Assembly (NCBI GenBank): GCA_010405405.1
Contig: MU004233.1
Coordinates: forward strand, 1,962,539-2,026,538
Origin: Microthyrium microscopicum
Taxonomy: Eukaryota
DNA: 64,000 nucleotides
Reading direction: 5' to 3'
In this document: one piece after another, positions 49,346-62,294 of the stretch
Layout of the letters: each line of letters starts with the position of its first letter
Position numbering within the stretch: the stretch's first letter is position 1
Made by a program: the position numbers and the translations under genes
The notes under the pieces: model-generated
Told to the model about the DNA's origin: nothing
Seen by the model: only the letters and a program-made list of their open reading frames with translations
Database searches by the model: none

Positions 49346-52057
49346 ATGGGTTCAGCATTTATGACAACTTCGTCATTCACTCCAACGCTTCAGTTATGTG
49401 GCAGTCCAACCCACCTAGGACCAAGAGACCTGGATTACGGAGAAAGCTCGTCGGCCTCTATCAGTTCTTATGACGGATCCATGGCCCATGTCGAAGTTAG
49501 CCCAGTTATGAGCCGTGGTCATTCAAATGATGGCACTGTTGGCAGCCTAGGAAGCTGGCAATTTATTCCTCAAACCCCATCTCCTCGAGTTGCTCCTTCG
49601 AGTCCTGAGCAAGATCGCGGCATGTCCTACTCGCCGACATACAGTAACCAAGATCTTTATACATCTCGACAAGATATTCAACAAGAAATCTTCATGGATG
49701 ACGAAGATTTCTTAACGCAATCATCTCAACCGAGTTCACAAAGTTAGTCCATCTTTGTTGTCATGTATAATCCAGCGCTAACTCTGAAAGATACCCAGCC
49801 GACCTCATGGGATAACTCAACCGTTTCTCAGTCAAGTATTGCTTTCAACTTCCAAGCGACTACCGCTCCAGTTTACCTCCCGCCAGCTTATCATGGAGCT
49901 ACAACAACAGGATTTATTCCCTCCCCCGATAGGATGGCCTGGTCGTCAATGGCAATTGATAATAATCAATTTCTAGGCTTCATGCCTGGGCCGTTGGATA
50001 ATATGGCCCAAGCACCTTCAATCAGCACCTTCCAGGCCGGAACTACTCAACCATTTACGACTGGTCCAGCTCTACTAACACACATGAGTTTCGATTCTAC
50101 AGCTGGCTACAACACTTCAGGCAATGGCTATTTGGGGAACGATCTTCAAAGGCAAAGATCTAGCTCTGGATCTTCATATGTACCTATGAACACCCCAGAT
50201 TTACTGCCGGTTGAGATGAGACACTCAACAGCTAGCACTATTCGACATGTGCCACATCAAAGCGTTGAGCCATTGTCGATAAGTCAGAGTTTTATTACAG
50301 ATACCGGCGCCACTAAGAGAGAGCACTCATTTTCACCCATAGACTCCACCATCAGAGCGAAACCCGCCCGTGCTAAGAGGAGAATAGATGGAGTCTTCAG
50401 TCATCCTGGCCATGAAGGAAGCTTTGGCGTTCTCAACTACTCGAACAATCTCAAAGTCGAACATCCAAAGTCTGGAGTAACAAAAAAGACTATTGCTAAA
50501 GGCCGAGGTGGACGCGAAAAGGGAACTTATAAGCTGACGCCCCAAAAAGCGCAAGAAGTGCGAGAACGGAGAGAACAAGGTGCATGCTGGACTTGCGCTC
50601 TGCAGCGAGATGTTGTAAGTGCCAAACTTCATTGTCAAGTTGTAACTTTACTGATCCAATTTAGTGCTCTCAAGGAGAAATATGCAATCGATGCCAGAAA
50701 CGAATTGAAAGAGGAGTGCTAGACAGCACCGATAGCCTGTGCTGTGTACGAGAGAAACTCTACGACTTCATGCAGTACTTCATACCACGTAAGCAGCGCA
50801 ATGAATCTTTCACTAACTTGAGCTAATCAGCATCAACAGATCAAATGAATGCTCACAATGATGAGAGGACCGTGAAACAATTCGCCGAAGCGCATATCAG
50901 AGGATTTACCAATCAATCCATCACGATCAAGATAACGCCAATCTGGTCCTTTCCCGGTGTAGAGTGCGAATTGTTCCTGTTCGAACCCAGAGATGCAGAA
51001 CTCCTGACACAGCGTGTGTTTTGGTTGAACCGGAAAACGAACAAATATGAGGCTAAAGAGTGCCAAAGCCCACCAGTCTCAGTGAAAAGGATTGGTTCAA
51101 ATCCAGAAGATCAACAAATCTATGAGAATTATTTCGACATGCTGGCGGGAAGCCCTGATTACATGCTCAAGTTCGCAGGCGACATATTATTCCGTGATCA
51201 AGTAGATCCATTCTTATCTCGCCTAACGTCGATGATGGTCAAGTACAAGCCACAAAAGAAAGCAGAGGTATGTTGATTCTTCTCCCGGAATAGCACCACC
51301 CCGTATCATTTGACTGACTATTTCAGGTGGACTTTATGCGACAAGTCAATAAGATGCTCTTGGCATCGTACTGCTTTGGACGAACCGTTATGATTCCGGC
51401 AAATCAACAGAAGAAACTCGAGCAGTTAACACAGCAAAACTACCAAATGTCCTTTGCTAGCAATACCATGCCAAAAATGGCCAACCGACAGCTGAAACAT
51501 ATCTTCCTTCGAATCGTCAACAAAACAATGGATTCAGTGCTCCGACGTCTCGACCGTGTTTACCGTTCGTCTAAGGGCAATAAAGAATGGATCATGGCCT
51601 TTTATGGAGTGCTTGGTCTGGCCATCGTCTTTGAGGATATGCAAAATACCGCCTGCTGTTTTCTCCACGGAGAATCGCAGAATGGTAGATTGACTGAATG
51701 GGATGCCCAACAAGATCTCCGGCAGATCATTGAAGCGATTGACCATAAATACACCTTTGTCACTCGACTCTTTAAAATGAAGTATCAAAAAGCGTTCAAT
51801 CCGTTAAAGGACTGGCAGCAGGGCTCAGTCAGAGACGTTCTAGGGGACGAGGGAACTGCTTTTGTCTCCGATGTGTCCAGATTAGTCACTGAAAAGTGTA
51901 GGTTTTATCAATATCCCAATCGCTCATTACTTGCTAATTTTCTCTAGGGGATTACATTGACGAACGCCAACGAATTGTACCCACGTTTACGAATTCTGAG
52001 ATGTATTACGGCCGACTTGTCTCACAATTTCTCAATTCTTTTCTGAGATCCTTATGA
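49346..52057 (+). CDS. Zn2Cys6-like fungal transcription factor, 5 introns
   Basis: The spliced product reads RREQGACWTCALQRDV|CSQGEICNRC...CCVREKL. GT-AG introns start near 49743, 50615, 50789, 51268 and 51898. Ends FLNSFLRSL*. Confidence 0.8.
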
Positions 52058-52503
52058 TGAAAAATACGTCCCATTGATGTAAGTATCAATGGTCTACTGC
52101 ATATCTTGGACCGTTGGAAGGTTGTCGAAAAGGGGATATGAGCTATGAGACACGACTTTATGACTGTGGTAATCAATGTAAAGCATCATTTGAAAGCTCC
52201 AAAGCTTTGTTTCTGAGCGTTCCGAGACTCGAAGTGAGTTCAAACAGATCAGGCTGATGGATGCCCAATGCGGCTCTGCGGATACACACGGACGGCTTCT
52301 CCCTAGTATATCTTGCATGTCATGTCATGATCACAAGATGCCTTTCCGGTCAACATCACTTCGGCTACATTAGCCACATCCGCTATGCAGCCTTGCACGT
52401 TTAACGTGTGATATATAATATAGCAAGGCTATCACTGTACGGTCTTGAAAAGCAGTATCAGCCTTATACACATATCATCCTACTTCCTATCTTCCATAGC
52501 CAA

Positions 52504-54208
52504 TCAACAACCCTTATCAAACACTTCCCTCTTGACGAACTTGACACTACTATTCTGCCTGCCTCCCAGAACGATCAAGGACTCCTTTGCCTGGTCGTAG
52601 ACCGGCCAGCCTAGCTTGGTGAGGCCTTGTTTGGGATCCTTTGCAAAAGAAGCCCAGGCGGTCATCATGGTATTGACTAGCTTCTTCTCTTCCGGGGTAT
52701 CAGGCTAGATCATCCAATATCAGCTACTCGTTCCGAGACATGGCGCAATGAGGCTCTGTAGCTCGCAAGAACTTACCTGCTTTGTGAGGAAAGCTTGTGT
52801 TCCAAAAACGTACGCAATATCTGAAACTTTTAGTATACTCTTGTCAATCTCATCTCTCATCCTCATGCCCACTTACCAGCTCCATGGAACGCGCCCTTAC
52901 TGCCTGCTACCTGTCAGTTCACTGCCTCTCTACAATGAAGCTCAACCTACCAATATCCGAATTTGGAAAAATCATCGAACTCAGATACCTCCAACTTGGC
53001 ACACCAGCCTTACTTCTCGTGCCCGCTGCTCCATTTGGTCCACAGCCTTGCGCGGCACCTCCAATCTGTCGTCTACTTACACCTTTTGCAGGTACTTTTG
53101 GCGGTGGTCTACTAGTCGCAAAGCTAATACCGCCCTCATCGTCTGTATTGCCCGTCAAATACGGCACCTTGACATAATTCCCCTTCGCCAATCGCTCCGG
53201 ATAGTCGTTAAACACAACCTTCCCATCCGCCAACGGCCGAAAGCTCACACTATCCGTCCCCTTCTCATTCCTAAACGCCTTCAAAATCGTCTCGGTATCT
53301 TTCCCACGCATACAAGCCAAACTCGCCGCACCTCCAACCTCCTCACCACCACAACTCACGCGCTTAGAAACAGTGAACCACTCCACACTCCCATTGCCCA
53401 CCGGCGTAGAAGTAGCCGGCACATTTCCACTCATCGGACTAATCGCGTTGACAATCGGATCTTTTGTCCACGCATACCCATACATATCCACACTAGCGCC
53501 GCCCGCAGATTGCCCAAACAGCATAATGCGCTCCGTATCACCACCAAATTTCTCAATGTTCGATCGCACCCATTCCAAACCGAGGCGCTGATCTAGCAAA
53601 CCGAGATTATAATCTGGCAGAAAGCGCGCTTTTGGAAAGCCAAAGATGTTGACGCGGTAGTTTATGCTGACGACAATGACATCTTGTTCGGCGGCAAGTC
53701 TTGCTCCATTATATGTAGGCGCGGCTGAATTGCCGGTGCTGAAGCCGCCGCCGTATATCCATACCATTACTGCCTTTTTGGCATTGCTGGATGTGGTGCT
53801 GTTGGAGGTTGAGGGCTTGGTCCAGACGTTGAGGGTGAGGCAATCTTCGCTGAAGGTATCGCCTGCTTGTCCGAGGATGGCTTTGACGATGTCGGCGATG
53901 GGGAGGGAGTGGTCGATTACACTGCCCAGCGGCGCGGCGACGTTGGCGGCACAGTCGGGGGAGAACTTGGAGGCGGCGATAGTCTTGTTTGAATTGTATG
54001 CTTGGGGAGCAGACCAGCGGAGGGGTCCAAGGGGTGGTTGGGCGAAAGGGATGCCGAGATATTCGCTGACGCTGGGCTGCCAGGTGGAGGCATGGCCTTG
54101 GATGGCGCCGCTGGTGGTGTGGACGGTTTCACCAATGACGTTACGTTGCTGGGGATGAGCGGTTGCTAGACCGGCGATTGCCAGGAGGGTGGTTGAGAGG
54201 AGCGCCAT
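52504..54208 (-). CDS. Secreted type-B carboxylesterase/lipase; 3 introns in the 3' part
   Basis: Signal peptide, YLGIPFAQPP, SEDCLTLNVW, WIYGGGF and GQSAGG nucleophile motif. Spliced exons supply GAFHGA|DIAYVFG (catalytic His) and end WASFAKDP...DKGC*. Confidence 0.92.
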
Positions 54209-54829
54209 GCTTGAGGGTAATGATCGTGATATCCTGAGGACGCCTTGGAGAGTTGAAACTGATCAAGATCTATGGCGGCCTCCATCGCTTTGTTATTGTG
54301 TGCTACGATCATATCACGGTATAAGACTGATGTTATGCCGATGCTGAGGACCGTAATGGGCAATGGTTCAACCAGTAAATTTATCGAGCTTCGTTGAGGC
54401 ATAGTAGATGCCATCTATATAGATTGGCAACTTTGAAGCGTGGAAACTGGGGACCAGTTAGTTGAAGTGCTTCACAGAGATAATTTGACATACCAATGAT
54501 GGGAACGCTCAGAAATAAGACCCAGCGACTAACAGCTCAAGAAATAAAGTAAGTAATGTCAAAGCATACCAAATATATCGTGTATGAGAAGATATGACCT
54601 GGTAGTTAGGGACGAGTCGTTGACCAAAGAAAAGATGAGATATAATTGAAAGAGAATAGCCGGTGGGGCAATAAAGTAATGGGTATAAGACATAATGATA
54701 TTTTCCAGGTAGGTTTTGTTATACAGTACTTTCATAAACGCCATGGTACCCTAACGGTCAGTACTCAGACACCGTTGCGCGTTCCTGAATCCGTTCCTGG
54801 CGTCTTTCCAAAAAAGCCTTAGTCTAGAC

Positions 54830-55558
54830 TTACATACCACCCATAGAAACTTCCCCGAATGGCTTCAAGAATGGCGCATCTTCGAAGTCAATGTCGACGG
54901 AATCTCTTGAGATCGAGAATGACTCTTGTTCCTTTCTCCGAGATCGTGGGATAGCGAACTGTCGACCTGGATATTGTGACTCGACTCCTGGAAAGGTAGG
55001 ATTGAAACGAATTTCCTCGTCCACATCTTCTCCATCACTGTGATCCTGATCATCCATTCGACGTTTGTTCTGTGGGATATATCGAATTAGTATGCCATGG
55101 TCTCCAGCGACACTTGCGTTGCTGTCTTGAGAGCCTGGCCACCACAAGTTGTTGTCATTAGCGCCACCGTACGACATTCCATAGCTATCCATATCGTCCA
55201 ATTGGGAGTTCTGAATTCCAAGTCCACCGACTTTATGAAGACCGCAGAATGGTTGAAGTCCTTGTGGCCGCGGCGGGGTTACGTTACTTCGAGATGAAGC
55301 TTGGTATGAAGCGATGGGAGCTAGTGGTGATGGGTCCTTGAATAATGATGTCTTGTGGGTTTTGTATCCTTCTGGTACTGCTTTACGAATGCGCATTCCA
55401 ACAGATAGTAGTGATGATTGAACGGCTGGAGTGAGTGTGGGCGCACGCTCTTGGCCTGCATTGGTTGCATTGGTTGATGTGGTGCCGGAGAAGAATGATG
55501 TTATTTGCGGCTGATAAGCTCGCTTGTGTTGATGGCGATCAGCTGTCTTGCGAGCCAT
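54830..55558 (-). CDS. Ribonucleotide reductase inhibitor, Spd1/Dif1 family
   Basis: VQSSLLSVGMRIRKAVPEGYKT Hug/Spd1-type motif, PIP-box-like QPQITSFF, and C-terminal DFEDAPFL. First ATG at 55558. Confidence 0.85.
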   Translation of the reverse strand: MARKTADRHQHKRAYQPQITSFFSGTTSTNATNAGQERAPTLTPAVQSSLLSVGMRIRKAVPEGYKTHKTSLFKDPSPLAPIASYQASSRSNVTPPRPQGLQPFCGLHKVGGLGIQNSQLDDMDSYGMSYGGANDNNLWWPGSQDSNASVAGDHGILIRYIPQNKRRMDDQDHSDGEDVDEEIRFNPTFPGVESQYPGRQFAIPRSRRKEQESFSISRDSVDIDFEDAPFLKPFGEVSMGGM

Positions 55559-55739
55559 GATGGGTTTGTGCTGCAATTTCGGTTTCGGTGTAGTATGTAA
55601 TTCGGCTATGGGCAATCTGGAGTGGGTTGGAATTGGAGGTTGTAATGGTTCAGATCAAGTCCTGATGGATGAAGATGTTGTCATGACGATACTTTCCTAA
55701 TCCGGGGTGTAATTGCGGAGAAGCTGCTTCACGAGGTGG

Positions 55740-55776
55740 ACGCGAATTTTCGCGTAAGAGTCGCGTAAAGACGCGT
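55740..55776. promoter_or_regulatory. Cluster of four MCB-like (MBF-binding) elements upstream of the RNR inhibitor gene
   Basis: ACGCGA (55740), TCGCGT (55750), TCGCGT (55761) and ACGCGT (55771), about 180-220 bp upstream of the ATG. Confidence 0.75.
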
Positions 55777-57960
55777 CCAGTATCAGCGAAATATATTTTC
55801 AAAATGCAGCATGTGATGCCTTGATAAGTCAGACCCAGACCTGATGCAATACAAACATCTCATTTTTATCAGAAATCTTATTCAGACTTCGTTGTGTCAT
55901 CACCAGCGTGGTTACTGCGAGACTACCTTGGTAGGTTGTAAAGACAAACTTTGAGGCGTAACATACAGTTATAGCTTAGCGCATGCAATAATCAGTCGCA
56001 TTTTGCAGATGGTACGTCTGATATATCTAATATTTTGTTTCAATAATTGTATCCCGCAACCTGCTGCCTGCTCTAGAGTACTCCAAAGCCGATTGGACCT
56101 TTGATGACCTCGCTCTTGGTCACTTCAGCCTCATGACCATTGCTTCATACACTTTCTGAAACTCCGTGTTAATGAGAAACGAGAGTTCAATCCTCCACGA
56201 AATAAGACCCGCGTTTTTGTGTCCCCACGTCGACCATGTCTACTTTGACGTGTGTAGATAATACTCCACAATGTCAGATTATCTCAGGTACATCTTGCAT
56301 AATCCACGTCAATCACCACCATTGGGCATGAAAATATCTCAGGCGCGATAGGTGTATCAGTCATAAATCAGACACTGGCTCTTGCGTGATAGTGACAGAG
56401 TATGGCAAGCGCTTGACCCTATGGATATTAACAGAACGTCAACAAGGAGCGATTTATGCTAACAACCACATATAGATTGGGCAATCGCAGTAGTAATGTT
56501 AATACTGATGAGCAACAACTTCTAACATTGGCATAAAGGAGTCCAAAGATGGAAAGTGACTAGAGGAGAATAGGGTAGTGTTAGTCCTGAATGTAATTTA
56601 TCTCTTAGAGTCGAAGCAAGTGCAACTGACCTCTGTCCAATTATGAAAGTCTCTCTTGTTTGAGATTGTAGTGCTCTTGCAATCTGATCAGACAACGAAG
56701 TAGTGTCGACTGCTTATGGCCCCAGACTGGAATGGATAGCTTAAACATTGCTGTAACCTCATGACAAGTCGCTGCTCGGCTTCCGCTAAAACTAGAATGT
56801 TCTCCCCATAAAATGTTGGTCTTTAGTTGATATTCTCTGATACGTCTTGCTAAGTGTCGAATCATACTGGTAGGCTCGACGTTATGGTCATTTGATTTCA
56901 TCCAATACATGCCGTCGCTGTAGTGATGTTGCCGTACATATCGACGAAATCAGCATCAGCGTTGAGTTATCTGGTACTTTCCTCGACCTGGGCAGTAACA
57001 TCTGTTCAAACTGTTTCCTGGAGCTCAAGACATCTCAGGACTCTCGTCCTTCATCCTCCTTCATTCTCATCGCTCATCTTTCAATCCAAATTTTCCTCGC
57101 TTCCATCCATCTTGTCCTACTTTCATTCATCATTTCTTGTCCAACCATTGGCAAGCTGCTTACTCGATCCTTTTCTTCATCAAACTGTGTTCCCTCTATT
57201 TCTGATACCCTTCAAGCCAAGGTTTCATGGCCTCTGGCCTCCTTTGCTTACAGCCTTATCTCTCTCATCTTTCATCGGCTTGTTCCAAGGCGACTTTCGG
57301 CATTAGTGCTCCGTTACCTTTCTTCAAGCCCATTTCATTGCCTCTTCCCCCAGATTGGATCTTGCTTGAAGGCCATTGTTCAGGAAAGCGTCTGCTGTTG
57401 ATGATAATGTATACCTTTGGTTTCGACTTGAAGAGTTTGTGGTGACTATCCGCTGTGCTGTTCACAAGGGCAGCAAAGCTAACACATTTGCCAGGCGCGG
57501 CTTCTATTCACAAGGCCATCATAGCCATGCTTGTTCACCTTCAGCGTTCTTCACTGGCACGTAAGCCCCTTTCATCAGTGCTACAGTCCGCTAACGCCAT
57601 CAGTTCGGTATGTGACTCTCACCTCTTTACCTTGAGAACAGTCGACTGATACCTAGGTTTTCCCCGTGCGTCCCGACGAGATGGAAACCGTTCAGTCAAT
57701 GGGTTGTTTTTCCTGCCTTTCAGTCAGTTCATCGAAAGCAACACCGAGAGATCCGGCTCCTTCAACAAAACACCGAACAATTGCTATCTCCGCTCCACAA
57801 AGTGCGCTCATTCCCATCTTGTCAAGGTATGTAGAGTCTCAGTCTCGACAGTCAAAGTTTACTGATCTATGCTTCGGTTGCTGATGCTAACTCGAGCTCC
57901 CAGGTTTTTGACTGTACCGTTCATCATCGACTCTTCGCCATCTCATAACGAAAATATGAT

Positions 57961-58207
57961 CAAAGGTGGGTGCTCCCCGATGACGAAAATACACGACTGT
58001 CTGAAGATATGGTGCGGGTACCTTGCATCATTGCCCACTTGAAGTGAGTGATGGACAAGGACTCTCGGCCATTAACCCCTCGGGGGAATGAGGATCTAGT
58101 GTTGAGTCTCCAAGGGGAACCTACTGAGTCTTCGGACTGACCCCCCTACACGCAGGTTCTTATACAACGGTCGGCGGAACCTCGGAACCATCTTTGCCTC
58201 CTTTTTT
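57961..58207 (+). ncRNA. Candidate structured non-coding RNA, family unassigned
   Basis: Closing helix CAAAGGTGG/CCATCTTTG, three to four internal hairpins including AGTC-TTCG-GACT, followed by a T6 run. Confidence 0.4.
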
Positions 58208-59519
58208 CAAACCATCGGCACGCTTATACCGCTATCTTGTTTCATTCCGTTCTTCGATTTTGTTCTTCGATTCTTTGGCACACTTCAGCCAACAACCACT
58301 CCAGAGATCACACACATATTGCATAACCACACCATACTCTGCATCACAACCACAATTCAAAGGTCAGAAAGGTGAGTTGTTTTCATTCTTGTGTGTAGTA
58401 CTTGTTCAAATCACAGATCTGTATATCGTCATCATTGTCAACGTTATCTACTTCCAGTGTATGGTGCGAGTCGAACGCTGAGCGCTAATCTATTCGCAGT
58501 TTCTCACTGGCGGCATGGACTTACTTTTCTTCAACGGTCGGCTTTAAGAGGTAAGGCAGAAAGTCAGCCCAGAATTTCCACATCACTCAACCACCCATCT
58601 GTCCAGTACCATCCCGCAACCATCCAGCCTCATGGCAAACGGCAACGCCATCGCCCAGCTAGCAGACTCGACAATGTCCTCATCCAATCATCGACTCGGC
58701 AATACCACGCCCGGCCTGCCAATCCCGCCTGCCAATCCGGCAAGATCACAGCATGGGTTACAACTATTCAACTCGACAGTGCCATGACCACTATCCAGCT
58801 GGGTGAACCATCGCACAACCCTCCAACTCGACACCACCTCAGGAGAAGTACCCATGACGTTCCTTCTATCCATTACTCCGTCAAAATCATTTGATACCAA
58901 GCAAACAACGATGTTGCCGACGCAGACAAACTGCTAAGCTGCTTGCACCACGACTCAACCAAACATTATCGCATCAAACTGTCTTTCTGGTCAGTCGGTC
59001 ATTTGCGCCTTCAAGCAGCCTAGTCAATCCACACTACCGTAGCATCACTCAGGTAGGAGCATTCCGAGGCTTGACCGGTACCACTCAACCACTCAACCAT
59101 CATCTTCGGCGACTGGAAGTGGTAAGCTATTCACGCATAATTGTATCGACCCCATTGACTTGCTAGAACAGATGGGCATGTTGCATTGGTTGGGGAGCAT
59201 AGGTTGGCTTATTTCAATAGTCAATAACACATCTTTCGATCCAATTCTTTGTACTCCACACCGCAGTGTGAATGCGAATCATCCAATATGCAGTATACCA
59301 ACAAATCTGGCTTCAAGCTCAGTTGGTATGAGTCCATCTGAAGTGCTCGAACTGTAGTTGATGTGACATTCGAAAGCGTGATCTTCCATTACACTCCTAC
59401 AACGCCGCCTCATTATTTGTCAACATGCAATCGTAACTCAAGAAGAATCATAAAGTACTTTATTTACGTCAGTGCTATACACAAAGACAGCCAATGGTAT
59501 CACCGAATGCATAAAACGC

Positions 59520-59670
59520 CATAAATAACTATATCGTTAAATAGTACGCTACATCGGCGCCCTTATCTTCTAATTCCTCGCATAATTCATTAATAAGTAA
59601 TTATTATACTTAACTAAACTCTATAACGTTCTATTCTACGTCTTTAGCGCTGTAATCTCTTCTACTATTG
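59520..59670. repeat. Small isolated RIP-mutated island
   Basis: Abrupt TpA-rich, CpA/TpG-poor patch within GC-balanced DNA. Confidence 0.5.
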
Positions 59671-61313
59671 TCATGGACCCCTGCAGACTCGCTATAGAGG
59701 CGCAGGCATCCCGCCACCAGCCACCTCCTCGCTGGCTCTGAACTCGCGGTACGCCACAGGAAGGCTCTTCGGCAACGAACCGCTGGGTCAACGCAAATAG
59801 TTCTTACCCTCTACCATAACGAGACGAAGCTGAATAGAGCTGAGGACGAGATAGAAAGGTGGCCTTAGCAAAGAAAGGATAGAGAGTGGTACTGGTCAGG
59901 AATGCAAAAGGAGGCTCTGCTCTCGTGCTGTCTGCAGAAGAGGGAAAGAGCTCTCAGCCCTGCAGACGTGGAATGTTTGGGGAAGGAACGAAACACCCAC
60001 AAGAGCCTCAAATCTTCAACTCCACTTCCACTTCTTCATCTGGCAATCTAATTCTTCAACACCATGCCGCACAATCGTCCAAAATTCTTGAAAGCCAATG
60101 TTTATTGCTTGGCTTAAAATAGATCCCACCATGTCTTCAATGTTACCACGAGGAAGCCCGGGCCTCTATTTAAGATTGTACAACTGAACTCGACGAGCAA
60201 TGGACTTGAGCCTACTACTAAGTACCATTTCGAAGGTGAAAGCTCCATCGTTGCAAGCGCAATACATAACCGCGCGACTCTAGATCAGATTTAGAACTTT
60301 AGAAGAGGCGAATCGCCAGTTTCGTTTTGGGCCCAACGTTTCTCCAAGCTCAAGATCAAAAATACAAACAGTCGGCGATGCCAATCAAGTCCATTTGGTT
60401 TTCCCCAGCCCAGTCTGAAACACCACATTCGCTTCTCCTGAGCCAATCGTGCCCTTCCGCCAGCTCTCCACCAAACATGCTACCGATCCCACTCCCGAAA
60501 AGCCATGTTCAAACCCTGTCCAGAGCTGCAATGTTTCTGCACCTGTAAACCGTGTTTCTTGACATTTTCGTGCTGTCTGGTCTTTGCGGGACGCTCTCCA
60601 AGACTCCAACAGACTTGCAGTTGTCGTGATGATCCCACTTCTGTGAACCTTCATCCGCTGCGAGCTCCCAGGGGTCTTCCCAGGTATTGCCATACAATCC
60701 AGATTCAATCATGGATGTTTCAGACTTGCGCTTTAGGAACAAGCTGGCGGCCAATCTCCACCAGTCAATTTACAAATGCCTACTTTCGGGGGTCCACTCG
60801 ACTTTGTACCCGATAGGACCTGAAGCCATTCTAGTCACCATTTTCGTTCTTGGGCGCGAATCATTCTTTTCATTCTATTCAGGTCTCAGGTCTGAGGACT
60901 CTTTGTACACCTTGGGTGCTCTTGCCATGATGATATCTTCTCGTCATCACTCACTCATTCATCTTTTGATTTCTCAATAGCGGATTGATTCCCTATTCAT
61001 TAATTCTCCTATTGTCTCTATCGTTCAGGACTTGACGTCCCTCCTCAATAATCTCCCATTGTACATTTTGATATTGTCCTAACACGCAAGCTCGTGAATA
61101 TATTCCCTCGACACCACAACATCTGTACCTACAGTCTTTCAAACAAACTCCAATTTTCCTGTAGAGCAGATTCTACTTTCCTTGCCATTTACATCGTCCC
61201 AACACCATCTCGAGAGCATGTGTAAGTTTGGAACTCGGACAATTCAACCCCGCGTACTTACAGACAATGTAGTGAAATTTCTCAGCAATCGAAAGAACAA
61301 ATCCGAGGAGAAG

Positions 61314-62294
61314 ATGCCTATCACCAGCAAGCGGCTGGCGGGTCCAGGCTATATCATTCTCAATGTCATTCGTGTTTTCAACGTCATCACATTGCTGGCA
61401 GTTATCGCCGCAAGCATCGTCATGGTCGTCAAGACCTTTACAGTATCCAAGTTCTTCTTCTTCGATGCTGCAACTCATATCATCAGCGCCATCTCTAGCA
61501 GTGAGTCAAACCATACGGTCTGTTCGGACAATTTCTAACAAGTGGCAGTGTTCCTCGTCCTATCCGAAAGCTCGTTCTTCAAGGACTTCTTCGCGAGAAA
61601 TTGGCCGATTCTGAGTCCATCACATGGCTTCAACTTCCTAGGTTTCGCCATGATAGTTCTCGGGAATAACATGCTCGGCAACTTGAACAAAGAGGCCACC
61701 AGCCAAAAGAGTCTAGGCCTTCCATTCTGGCGCTTGGTCATCGGATCCGGAATCGTAGTCTTCATCTTCGGTTTCGTCAACATCATTGCCGTACGTCTAC
61801 CCTACATCCCATACCTTCCAGCAAAACTAACCAATGTACAGAACTACGTCTTCCGCGATGCCAAACTCGGCGTAACAGCCCGCCAAGTCCGCGCAAAAGG
61901 TGCCGTCGCAATCTCAGACCGCGAAGTCGTCCTCGACATTGAATCCGAAAAACACCACTCCCCATCGATCGTATCCTCTTTCCCCGCCGGCTCCTCAATC
62001 TACAGCTCGCCCGCACCACGCAAATCGCCCGTCAAAGCATTCTTCCGCAGTGCTCGCGACTCGATCCTGCCATCATACCACTCACGAGCACCATATCCAA
62101 CGGCAGGCGCATATCCAGCAGCCACATACCCAACCAGCCCGATCAAAAGTCCAACCAAGACAGAGGCAGAGAGTCCACGCAGCCCGCAAATGAACATCTC
62201 GGCGCCGCTGAACATCAATCCGCAGTTTGCACACTTGATCAAGCCGCAGACTGCACATCACCCGAGCAATAGACGACCTGACGGATCCTTTTAG
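61314..62294 (+). CDS. Conserved fungal multi-pass membrane protein of unknown function; introns 61501-61548 and 61791-61841
   Basis: LAGPGYIILNVIR...FFFFDA...NWPILSPSHGF...LPFWRLVI, about four hydrophobic segments, a Pro/Ser-rich tail, and canonical splice signals. Confidence 0.82.

Noticed and set aside
56641..57800. Purine-rich minus-strand stretch suggesting a decayed coiled-coil gene
   Set aside because: All frames are interrupted and no family motif could be identified, so there is too little support to annotate.
57991..58015. Group I intron R/S-like words and hammerhead-like GATGA..GAAA
   Set aside because: No P7 pairing and no hammerhead stem II or cleavage-site helices.
59717..59736. 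CAGCCACCTCCTCGCTGGC resembles the HDV ribozyme P3/L3 core
   Set aside because: I could not find matching P1, P1.1, P2 or the J4/2 catalytic strand.
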